Shown here: positions 31,673 to 40,589 of the stretch, piece by piece | Numbering within the stretch: position 1 is the stretch's first letter | Layout of the letters: each line of letters starts with the position of its first letter | Assembly: GCA_041601615.1 (NCBI GenBank) | Contig: JBFIHX010000008.1 | Location: 36,261 to 100,260 of the forward strand | DNA from: Thermoplasmatota archaeon | GTDB lineage: Archaea > Thermoplasmatota > E2 > JACPAO01 > JAHFTW01 | Direction: 5' to 3' | DNA length: 64,000 nucleotides | Program-made: the position numbers and the translations under genes | The notes under the pieces: model-generated | What the model saw: the letters and a program-made list of their open reading frames with translations, nothing else | Database searches by the model: none | Told to the model about the DNA's origin: nothing

Positions 31673-32596
31673 ATGGTTATGGGCCGATTCCTGAGTGCCA
31701 TGTGCGCCATCGCTTTGCTCCTGCTTGCCGGCTGCTCGCAGTCCGCGCCAGAAGGAGCGCCTGAGGAATTTGCACTCGAAACCGATCTGGCAGCAACCAA
31801 GGACACGGGCGTCATCCGCGGCATCGTCGTGGACGGATCGGTCGTGCCCATCGTGGGCGCCACCATCACTGTCTCGGGGTTGGAACGATCCACCACGAGC
31901 AACGAAAACGGCGCATTTGGCTTTGCAGACTTACCCCCCGGCACCTACTTTCTCCAAGTCCTCCAACCAGGCTATGCTCCGGCTCAATCCAGTGTAGATG
32001 TCAAGGCCGGCGTCAACGACCCTCCGATCGTGAAAGTGCAATTGCAGCGTGACGCTTCCACGAGCCCGTACAACTCCGCCTATCAGTTTCGCGGCTTCAT
32101 GAAATGCAGCCTCAGCTACATCGCGCTTTGCGGAGTCTCCCCCGAATCCACGGGAGACAAATTCCTCGCGACATTCGAACTCAATGGCGCGCCCACTTGG
32201 CTCAACATGGAATCAGTATGGGACGGAACCCAACCCACCGGCGACCAAATGAACCTCAACATGGGACGAACTCCCGCCGGTCCGGCCACCACCTGCTGCA
32301 CCGCGCAAGGCCCCAGCCCATTGCTCGTCCAAGCCAATGAAACCGTGATCCTCGAATCCGGAATCGGCGTCGAAGGAGATCTCATCGGCCGCATGTTTTC
32401 CTGGGAAATGGAAGGCACCGGCATCGACGACCACACAGGCCAATGTGTCTACGTCGTCTTGACCACCTATTGCCAGGGCCCCGGCGTGGCGCTGGAGCAA
32501 GAATTCGAGTTGTTCGTACACGCATTCTACCACTATGCACCGCCCGAAGACTGGCGGTTTACCTCGCAACCGGACGTCCCGGCGCCGCCCTACTGA
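31673..32596 (+). CDS. Lipoprotein with carboxypeptidase regulatory-like domain
   Basis: LAGC; GVIRGIVVD...PIVGATITV...NGAFGFADLPPGTY. Confidence 0.8.
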   Translation: MVMGRFLSAMCAIALLLLAGCSQSAPEGAPEEFALETDLAATKDTGVIRGIVVDGSVVPIVGATITVSGLERSTTSNENGAFGFADLPPGTYFLQVLQPGYAPAQSSVDVKAGVNDPPIVKVQLQRDASTSPYNSAYQFRGFMKCSLSYIALCGVSPESTGDKFLATFELNGAPTWLNMESVWDGTQPTGDQMNLNMGRTPAGPATTCCTAQGPSPLLVQANETVILESGIGVEGDLIGRMFSWEMEGTGIDDHTGQCVYVVLTTYCQGPGVALEQEFELFVHAFYHYAPPEDWRFTSQPDVPAPPY

Positions 32597-32749
32597 GACG
32601 CGAAAGTCGCCCCTGTAGTGGCCGCTTGACGAACCGTACTTGGGCTAGGCCACGGCGCGATGCCCGCCACAGGTCCCACGAGCCGTTCGGCAAGAGAAAT
32701 TCGAGCGAACAGCGAAACGAGCCAGACTTGGCGATGGCGACAGTGCCAC

Positions 32750-34165
32750 TCAGGGTTGGTTTTCGTCCAGCGTTCGCCGGGCCGTGGTGTCAGCCATGAA
32801 GAACGAATCCTCTGTGGCGCGGTCGGGAATCTCCGTCTCTCCAAGTGCTGCCGAAATGTGGTCCCAGAGCGTCAGGTTGCCCACTTGTCCATACCCGACG
32901 TAGTAGTACAGGGGCAGGGTCTCAGGGAAGGAGCTCCATTCGACGGGAACGGAGCTGTAGATGCCGAGACCGCCGACGATGCAGTCTGCACCGCTGCACT
33001 TGGGGCCGTCCCAGTGTCCATCTTCGACGGGCCGGGGATTGGCCGTGTGGTAGAACAACATCTTGGCTTCTTCCAGGCTCAAGAATCCGTCCGCAAGCGG
33101 CCCCGTGGCCGGCGCCATGTCGTCTGCCGCCACGACGATGTTGCCGTCACGAACCCCGACGCCGGTGTCGCCCACCGCTTGGCGGACTTCCATGAGCATG
33201 CGAGCAAAGGTGCCTGCGGCAAACGGTGTTGCGCCGCTGGTGCCGCCCCCTCCGCGCTCGTCGCGTGCATCGACGGAATCGTACTCTGCCGCCGGGTGGG
33301 CATTGGCGTCCGCGACGATGTGGGGCATGGTCATGGTCCAGGGCGTGTAGTAGCCGTTGTCGTGGCCGCCGACCATGATGATGCCGTCGCCGCCTGCGAT
33401 GTTGTCAAAGTAGGCTGGGTGCCCAGTGACGCCGAAGAATCCAGCGAGTCCATTGCCGCCGGCCACAAAGATGGCATGGCGCTTGGCTGCGGCGACCACT
33501 TGGCTGCGGTCGTTTCCGAGCAAACCCGCGGAGCCCTCGGGCGCCAAAGATTCCAGGTAGCTCATGGGAAGGTCGCCCCAGGAATTGGTTTGAAGGTCGA
33601 TCCAGGGTTGCTCCGATGCCCAAACCATGGAATCGTCCGTGAAACCTTGGATGCTGACAATGCGGCACTCGGGACAGAGGCTGGATTCGCTACCGGCAAC
33701 TCGGCTCGTGGTCATGGTACCGTGGCCGCCTCGGTCCAGAATCGATCCGGGGAGTGTACCCTGGTCGCAGTCGGTTCTTCCGGGCGAGAACGTGATGGCT
33801 CCGATGATTCGAGTGCCAGGAATCCAGTACAGCGTTTCTGGTTCCACGCTGCTCCAGACTTCACAATCAGCCAGCACGGCCATGTTGTAGTCCTCGACTT
33901 CTAGGCTCAATCGAAGCGCTTGCACGTCGGCCGGGAAGCCTGGAATGTAGGTGCTCGGGTGCGTCCAAGCAATGGGACGGTTGTCGCGGAATTCAAGGTG
34001 GTACGGGTTCACGCCCGTGTCCACGTCCGCCACGACCACGAGGGCGCCCGAAGGAGCGACTCCAGGGCCACCGCCATCGACCGGGTCAGGATTGTTGCTG
34101 CCGTTGTCGAGGCAACCACCGAGAGTTACAGCCAGGAGGGCCAAGAAGAGCATCCAAGTGCGCAT
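32750..34165 (-). CDS. S8 (subtilase) peptidase lipoprotein
   Basis: LGGC lipobox; catalytic triad DVDTG, HGT, GGTSGATP. Confidence 0.85.
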   Translation of the reverse strand: MRTWMLFLALLAVTLGGCLDNGSNNPDPVDGGGPGVAPSGALVVVADVDTGVNPYHLEFRDNRPIAWTHPSTYIPGFPADVQALRLSLEVEDYNMAVLADCEVWSSVEPETLYWIPGTRIIGAITFSPGRTDCDQGTLPGSILDRGGHGTMTTSRVAGSESSLCPECRIVSIQGFTDDSMVWASEQPWIDLQTNSWGDLPMSYLESLAPEGSAGLLGNDRSQVVAAAKRHAIFVAGGNGLAGFFGVTGHPAYFDNIAGGDGIIMVGGHDNGYYTPWTMTMPHIVADANAHPAAEYDSVDARDERGGGGTSGATPFAAGTFARMLMEVRQAVGDTGVGVRDGNIVVAADDMAPATGPLADGFLSLEEAKMLFYHTANPRPVEDGHWDGPKCSGADCIVGGLGIYSSVPVEWSSFPETLPLYYYVGYGQVGNLTLWDHISAALGETEIPDRATEDSFFMADTTARRTLDENQP

Positions 34166-34273
34166 GCCTTGCCACGAAGAGTGCGAGTACAAGATTGTTG
34201 AGGCGTGAGACAGCTCTGTTCGTGGACGCAGGGACTTCGGTAGACTCAAGCAACCCACGAAACTTCGCTGCGC

Positions 34274-35065
34274 GTGGATGGTCCACGGTTGGCACTATAC
34301 GACCGCATTAGTGCGCAAACACGGTTGGTCCAAGCATTTCATAATCGCATGATTGCACAGTTCTGGGTGCTCGCCGTCTCGGGTGCGGCCCTCGTGCGGT
34401 TTGTTTTTCTCGAATGGATGCCACACTTGCCAGGCTCAAATCGCCTTGGCTTGGCGACCGCCATTCTCTCCCTTAATGGCGTTCTAGCCGGCCTAGCGCT
34501 ATCTGTGCGGATTCGCAAATGGACGTCCACCAGGACCTCCGAGTACCCAACGCCCATTCGAAGCTACCGTGCATCATGGACCCAGATTGCAGTAGTCTGG
34601 ATTGCAGGGGCCGGTTTGATTTCATCGTGGTTTTTGGAAGTGGGCTTTGGCGCAGCGGCGACAATGTTCGGATTTGCTCTGGTGGTTATGTCCATCCCGG
34701 CTACCATTCCATGGATGGGTGGAAACAAAGACACGAAATTTCGGGCGTGGATGTATGGAATATTTGCATACAGCTATGGTTTCTTGATATTGGCCGCAGT
34801 TTTGGGGGCATTCGCAGCAGTTGTAGCGAGTGGCCCAACTCGATATGCCTTATTCAGTCTGTTTGGAATCGGAATTGGACTTCAATTGCTCGCCAGTGCC
34901 GCCATCTCCCTCGACCGGTCGGACCTAAACACCCCAAATAAGTTTCGAGAACTGCGTCGCAAACTCATGGAACCAAATTCAAACTTGAAAAACATCGAGT
35001 CAGAATACTGGCTCATTGTTCGCGCCGCCCACGAAGATTCGCATCGGCCGATCTTGGATGGTTAG
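34274..35065 (+). CDS. Polytopic membrane protein (lower GC)
   Basis: About 6 hydrophobic segments; atypical base composition. Confidence 0.55.
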   Translation: MDGPRLALYDRISAQTRLVQAFHNRMIAQFWVLAVSGAALVRFVFLEWMPHLPGSNRLGLATAILSLNGVLAGLALSVRIRKWTSTRTSEYPTPIRSYRASWTQIAVVWIAGAGLISSWFLEVGFGAAATMFGFALVVMSIPATIPWMGGNKDTKFRAWMYGIFAYSYGFLILAAVLGAFAAVVASGPTRYALFSLFGIGIGLQLLASAAISLDRSDLNTPNKFRELRRKLMEPNSNLKNIESEYWLIVRAAHEDSHRPILDG

Positions 35066-35760
35066 GCCACATCCAGTAATTCGTCAATTTGCACTAGGAC
35101 CCAAATCGACCCCACCAGCCAATCGTACTCGTGACGCTCCACCAATGCGTGTGCTGTGGCGCCGACGGGCAGCCCCGCGAGTCCCTTCCGGGCAAATGAT
35201 TCGTAGCCATCGGGGACGCGCATCCCCTGCGGCGTTGGCCCTTCGCCCAGATACCACGGCCTACTGCTGAGGGTCACGAAATCGCCATACAGGTGGTAGC
35301 GGTTGCGGCTCGTGGCGCCGGCGTTGCTGGCCAGCAATTCGCCTTGTTCGTTGAATACGAAGATGGTGACGACGGTGGCGTTTCGACCGCCTTCGCCGAA
35401 TCGTTCTGTATCCGCTTCCGAAGCCTCCGTGACTGCCAATACGTCACCGGGTGTACGGCATCCGGCTGGGATGTCCACGCGCCAGAGGACGGGAGATTCC
35501 GAGTGCAATTGCATGCTGCGGGGCCCGTCAAGGCACGTCAAGTCGAGGCTGCGGGCGGAGGGTTCTCCGACAGCAAGAAACGGAATCGACTTTCCCGGTT
35601 CCGCGACAGCTTCGTGAAACGCCCACGCAAGTCCCAGCGGTTCTTCTACGGGTGTTGGAAGTGGATCGTCATGTGGAAGGCTTGGAGCCGGCAGTACCAC
35701 GACGAGGCCGGCGGCCACGAGCCCGAGCACCAGGGGCAGCACCCATTCCCGGGCGCTCAT
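35062..35760 (-). CDS. Membrane-anchored hypothetical protein
   Basis: N-terminal TM; ATGA overlap with the upstream acyltransferase; faint FKBP-like C-terminal pattern. Confidence 0.65.
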   Translation of the reverse strand: MSAREWVLPLVLGLVAAGLVVVLPAPSLPHDDPLPTPVEEPLGLAWAFHEAVAEPGKSIPFLAVGEPSARSLDLTCLDGPRSMQLHSESPVLWRVDIPAGCRTPGDVLAVTEASEADTERFGEGGRNATVVTIFVFNEQGELLASNAGATSRNRYHLYGDFVTLSSRPWYLGEGPTPQGMRVPDGYESFARKGLAGLPVGATAHALVERHEYDWLVGSIWVLVQIDELLDVA

Positions 35761-36614
35761 TCTGCCTTCGGGCTCCCGGTGGTGGCGCTGACGTCGTTGG
35801 CCGTGACGCGCTCGCCGGGGACGAGGTCGCGGATTTTGCGCACAGGTACGCCGCCGTAGATGGCGTCACCGTCCAGGGTGGTTCCCTTGGGAACGAGACT
35901 CATGGCGCCGATGTGGCAGTTGTCGCCCATGGTCACGCCGGGGAAGATGTTCGTGTACTGGCCGATGGTGCAGCGGTTGCCGATGACGACTTTTTCGCGC
36001 ACAAGGCTGCCTTTTTCGCCGACGTGTCCGAGGATGCTGGCGTTGGCGCCGATGACGGTGTCGTCGCCGACGCTGATGAGGTCCAGATCGTAGACGTGCT
36101 GGGTGTTGAACACCACGTTGCGGCCGATTTTGGCCCCCATGGCGCGCAGGTACCAGTTGTAGACGTTGGTCAGGCGCGCAAATCGTCCATAGACCGTGTT
36201 GAACAGGAAGACGAGGCCGTTGTGGTTGTACCAGAACCAGATGCGGAAGCTGTGGATTTTGATGGCGCCGGTGTGTGGTTTCCAGCCCATGAGCAAGAAC
36301 AGCATCCGGACGGCAGGCAGGACGACCATCAGGGCGAGTCCGAAGGTGAAGAACCCGATGATGCTCCAGTAGAGGCCGACGAAGTTGTCCAGCACGGAAC
36401 CGAAGGAGCCTGCCCACGCGGGGTGCACATCGAGGGACCAGCCCCAGCGCGCCAGAGCCAGCGCCGGAAGTGCAGCCACGGCCATGAAGGCGCCGAGACT
36501 GAGATAGGAATAGATCCAGATGGTCCCGGCGATGGCCCGGATGAGTCCTTTGGCACCCACGAGTCTCCGAGACCCGGCCCCTGTTTCAAGGATGCGTTGC
36601 TGCGAGGCGCCCAA
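35757..36614 (-). CDS. Membrane-associated left-handed beta-helix acyltransferase
   Basis: Two TM segments then MGAKIG, ISVGDDTVIG, VVIGNRCTIG, GGVPVR hexapeptide repeats. Confidence 0.85.
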   Translation of the reverse strand: MGASQQRILETGAGSRRLVGAKGLIRAIAGTIWIYSYLSLGAFMAVAALPALALARWGWSLDVHPAWAGSFGSVLDNFVGLYWSIIGFFTFGLALMVVLPAVRMLFLLMGWKPHTGAIKIHSFRIWFWYNHNGLVFLFNTVYGRFARLTNVYNWYLRAMGAKIGRNVVFNTQHVYDLDLISVGDDTVIGANASILGHVGEKGSLVREKVVIGNRCTIGQYTNIFPGVTMGDNCHIGAMSLVPKGTTLDGDAIYGGVPVRKIRDLVPGERVTANDVSATTGSPKAE

Positions 36615-36967
36615 TCAGGACCCGATGGGTGTGTCGGGGCAGATGCCGAAGAGGCCCTCACCTGGCTTGCACTCATCGGAAATCAGGGGACCCGGCATCA
36701 AGGCGACGACGGATGCCCGAGGGGAGCTCCAGCCCCGGCCCACACCGCCCAGGGTGATGGAAATCCACGGCAGGCACGCCATGAGCGGTGCCGCGAAGGA
36801 GCCCGCCGCCGAAGGCTGTTGGGGCCCGTGCATGTATGCAGGGCAATGCACGCGGTTCCGGATCGAGATCCGGGCGAACAAATTAGGAATGGGAAGGGAA
36901 AAGGGGGAGTGTTCCAAGGAACATTTTCGTGCACCTTGGCAGGGTTCAGCTGATCCGAACCAACGGA

Positions 36968-37288
36968 TTAGCAGAGGCCAACGCGAACGGGGCTCGTGTC
37001 GACGTACAGTTCGTTGCCGTAGCAGGTGTAGGAGTTGCCGTCGCAGTAGTAGCTGGTCCACGGGTAGTACACGTTCAGGGGGCCGTCGACGTAGGTGCGG
37101 TAGCTGTAGCAGCTGCTCGGGAAGTCGTAGTACGTGGTGCATGTCCGGACTAGGGAATCGCCGGTCAAGGGATCGTACAAGATTGGCGAGTTGCAGTACG
37201 TGGTGTGCGTGGCAGATGCCGGCGAAATCATCAGCATGGTTCCGACGAGCAGCATTCCTAGCAGCAGGGGTTTGAGTATGGAGTTCAT
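36968..37288 (-). CDS. Secreted Tyr/Cys-rich miniprotein, copy 1
   Basis: Signal peptide MNSILKPLLLG...PASA; 6 conserved Cys; TTTATA box about 25 bp upstream. Confidence 0.85.
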   Translation of the reverse strand: MNSILKPLLLGMLLVGTMLMISPASATHTTYCNSPILYDPLTGDSLVRTCTTYYDFPSSCYSYRTYVDGPLNVYYPWTSYYCDGNSYTCYGNELYVDTSPVRVGLC

Positions 37289-37598
37289 CCAATCCCCGCA
37301 TTCAAAATATTCAATATAAATATAATACGGGATGTTCGGAAAATCCTAAAATATGGCCATGCGCCGAGCCGAACTATATTTTCCTAGATGGTTTAGTATC
37401 AGTGAAATGGACACCACACCCACTTGGAATTGCCCCCGGACTGCGGCCCTAGAGGCGCCGACCACCACTAGGCTGCCCAGAAGAACGTAGGCCAGTGCGC
37501 CACCCCCGAGGCCAGTTTCATTGCAATCACTGCTTGCACTGGCTGTTCGGCCAAGCGTACAAGAATAAGGCGCCAACGAGAATAGGGACGGCATCCTC

Positions 37599-37664
37599 GA
37601 CGGCCCGGACCAGTTCTTTGGCACCCGTAACTTGCCGAGACTTGGGCCCTGATTCAAGGACGCG
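37599..37664 (-). pseudogene. Decayed copy of the 5' end of the acyltransferase gene
   Basis: Ungapped match to 36531-36596 (about 51/66 nt by eye); VLESGPKSRQVTGAKELVRAV vs ILETGAGSRRLVGAKGLIRAI. Confidence 0.7.
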
Positions 37665-37873
37665 AGAAATCCGACGCATCCGCGGGCGGTGCGCGGAGCC
37701 ACGAAGAGCCCGCCACCAAACCTTGGGGGCCCCGTGCATGTATGCAGGGTAATGCACGCGGTTCCGATCGGAGATCCTAGCGAGCAATGCCGGAATTGGA
37801 GGGGAAAAGGAGGAGAGTACCAAGAGACATCTTGGCGAAACTTGGCGTGTTTCAACTCATCCGAACCGACGGA

Positions 37874-38191
37874 CTAGCAGACGCCAACGCGAGCAGGGTT
37901 CGTGTCGACGTACAGCGTGTTCTGGTAGCAGGTGTAGCTGTTGCCGTCGCAGTTGTAGTTCCTCCACGGGTAGTACACGTTCGTGGGACCATCGATGTAG
38001 CTGCGGGAGTAGTAGCAGCTGCTAGGGTAGTTGTAGTAGGTGGTGCACGTCCGAATCGGGTCACCAGTCAAGGGGTCGTACACGATGGGCGAGCCGCAGT
38101 ACGTGTAGTGGCTGGCAGAAGCCGGCGAAATCATCAGCACGGTTCCGACGAGGAGCATTCCGAGTAGCAGGGGTTTGAGTATGGAGTTCAT
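37874..38191 (-). CDS. Secreted Tyr/Cys-rich miniprotein, copy 2
   Basis: Paralog of copy 1 (YDPLTGD, PSSCY, CDGNSYTCY, RVGVC). Confidence 0.85.
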   Translation of the reverse strand: MNSILKPLLLGMLLVGTVLMISPASASHYTYCGSPIVYDPLTGDPIRTCTTYYNYPSSCYYSRSYIDGPTNVYYPWRNYNCDGNSYTCYQNTLYVDTNPARVGVC

Positions 38192-38570
38192 CCAATCCCA
38201 GCATGCAAAAAATTCAATATAAACATAAGACGGGATGTTCGAAAAATCCTAAAATATAGTCGTGGGGCAGCGCCATTCTACATGTTACTAGCGGTTTTAG
38301 AATCAATGAGAAGGTGGCCATCCCCAACCTCGAATTGGCTCCAGGCAGCGCCCCTCGAGGCGGCTCCGCCACCCCCCCTAGACTTCCCAGAAGAACGTCG
38401 ACAGACCCGCCACCGAACACAGAGGGGGCCCGCGCATGTTTTCAAGGTTAATTGAACGGTGTTGTGTCGAGATCCGAGCGAACAAAGCAGGAATTGGAAG
38501 GGAAAAGGAGGAAAATCCAAGGGGCTGCTTCGTGCACCTTGGCCTGTTTCAACCCATCCGATTTGACAGA

Positions 38571-38891
38571 CTAGCAGAGGCCAACGCGAACGGGGCTCGT
38601 GTCGACGTACACTTCGTTCTGGTAGCAAGTGTAGCTGTTGCCGTCGCAGTAGTAGTTGGTCCACGGGTAGTACACGTTCACGGGGCCATCAACGTAGGTG
38701 CGGTAGTAGTAGCAGCTGCTAGGGTAGTTGTAGTAGGTGGTGCAGATTGTGACCATCGGATCGCCTGTCAAGGGATCGTACACAAGGGGCGGATTGCAGT
38801 ACGTCGTGTGGTTGGCGGAAGCCGGCGTAATCATCAGCACGGTTCCAACGAGCAGCATTGCGAGTAGCAGGGGTTTGAGTATGGAGTTCAT
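38571..38891 (-). CDS. Secreted Tyr/Cys-rich miniprotein, copy 3
   Basis: Paralog of copies 1 and 2. Confidence 0.85.
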   Translation of the reverse strand: MNSILKPLLLAMLLVGTVLMITPASANHTTYCNPPLVYDPLTGDPMVTICTTYYNYPSSCYYYRTYVDGPVNVYYPWTNYYCDGNSYTCYQNEVYVDTSPVRVGLC

Positions 38892-39403
38892 ACAATTCAT
38901 TCATGCCAAATACCAATATAAGTTTGGCTCGGGATTTTTGATAATTGGCCCAATATCAATGGTCGATGTAGCCCCCATATAGTTTACTATTTAGTTTTTT
39001 ATCCAAGGATTGGGGACGCACCCAATATACCTGCCTTCAGCGACGAATGGCCCAGTGGAGTCGCCGGCCGGTTGCGAGCCCAGCAGCAATTGAGCAAGTC
39101 CGCCATCTTTGAAAGCGGCATCACTGCGAGCACAGGAGGTGCTGTCTCTACAGAGGCGTCCGCTGAATGCCAGCGCCGTCGGTAGGACCCAGGTCGTTCA
39201 TCCATTCATGATTGAATCGCAGTTGTTTGCGGGTCCAAGGCCAAATGCAGGGGCCCGAAGCGCAGATTTCCCTTACAAGCGCGCCAACAAGCGCCGTGCG
39301 ATCCTTGCCCCGCGCTCCTCTACAAAACCAGAACCACCCAATGGTTGACGGCCCGCCCCTCCCCCCCACAACCTTCACGACCCCACCTAGACCTCCACGC
39401 CCC

Positions 39404-40438
39404 ATGCGCACCCTGGCCACCCTTCTGTTGATCATCCCCCTTTTGGCAGGTTGCCTCTCCGACGATAGGGCAGATTCCATCGACAGCGCCGACGATCCCC
39501 TGCCCTTGACTGAATTGAATTGGGACGTGGTGGCCGGCGTGGATTGGTGGGAAGACCTCGCCACGAGCTACCCGAAACACGACACCTACACGCCCGTCAA
39601 CGCAGCACTTCGCCAACACCTCGTTTCCGAGATGCAGGCACTTGGCTTCGAGGTGGAAGTGCGCACCTACTACGCCTTGCCCCGCGATCCATCCCAAGTT
39701 CCGGCGCCTGAAGTAGAACCCATCGAAGTCCACGCCATCGTCGCGACCAAACTTGGCACCGAATTTCCCAACGAACGCATCGGCCTCGTCAGCCACTACG
39801 ACACCCAAACCCTCACCGTCCATGGCGCCTACGACGACGCCTCTGGAGTCGCTGCCGAATACAACATCTGCAAGAGCCTCGCCGACGTGCCCATGAAGCG
39901 AACACTCGCCTGCATCTTCTTTGACGCCGAAGAGCAAGGACTGGTCGCGTCGAAGCGCTACGTCGAAGACGTGGTGCTGGCGGGCGACGAGGGCTACACC
40001 TACGAATTCGTGCTCGGCTACGACATGACGGGCATCAACTGGCCCGGCTACCCCGACTGGAAAATGTACGTCATGGTCGGCGAGAACGTCGTCGAATGGC
40101 TGCGCCCCTTTGCCCAAGACGTGATGCACAACCAACTCGGCTACCCCACGAGCGGCGTCGAAGTGCTCGACGTACACGACCGCAACTCGGACGAACGTCG
40201 CTTCAAGGAAGCCGGTGTGCCGATCCTGCGCTTTGCCGGGGGTCGCAACGCCGCCGACTACCCCCAATACCACATGCCCCTCGACACCGTCGACTATGTC
40301 TACGACTTTGTGGGTGGCCGCGCCAACTTTGAAGCCGGATTTGCCACCGTCGTGGAAGCAAGCCACCACACCATCCTCGCCCTCGACGAAACCGGCGCCA
40401 CCGCTTTGCAGCAGAAGGCCGGCATCCCAAGCCAGTAA
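39404..40438 (+). CDS. M28 family metallopeptidase lipoprotein
   Basis: LAGC; SHYD, GAYDDASG, FDAEEQGL, NSDE, YHMPLD. Confidence 0.85.
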   Translation: MRTLATLLLIIPLLAGCLSDDRADSIDSADDPLPLTELNWDVVAGVDWWEDLATSYPKHDTYTPVNAALRQHLVSEMQALGFEVEVRTYYALPRDPSQVPAPEVEPIEVHAIVATKLGTEFPNERIGLVSHYDTQTLTVHGAYDDASGVAAEYNICKSLADVPMKRTLACIFFDAEEQGLVASKRYVEDVVLAGDEGYTYEFVLGYDMTGINWPGYPDWKMYVMVGENVVEWLRPFAQDVMHNQLGYPTSGVEVLDVHDRNSDERRFKEAGVPILRFAGGRNAADYPQYHMPLDTVDYVYDFVGGRANFEAGFATVVEASHHTILALDETGATALQQKAGIPSQ

Positions 40439-40589
40439 CGACCCCAATCCACGCCAAGGAGCCCCTGAGCCTAGAGTTCACAGAACACGAATAGCGGCAG
40501 GTTGCGCGGCATTCCCTGATTGAATCCGCCGGAAGGGATTCCGGTGGTTTGCTAGAAACACCATCCTCCAGCACCACCGAAGTCAACCC

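Larger units (their letters stand above)
36820..38930. repeat. Three diverged tandem units (about 0.7-0.9 kb), each with a miniprotein gene plus conserved flanks
   Basis: Shared 3' flanks (GGGCCCGTGCATGTATGCAGGG...GGAA(T)TGGAAGGGAAAAGG) and promoter regions around three paralogous ORFs. Confidence 0.9.

Noticed and set aside
36968-38891. Miniprotein triplet as diversity-generating retroelement template/variable repeats
   Set aside because: Differences include synonymous, non-adenine and indel changes across the whole gene, and there is no reverse transcriptase in the window.
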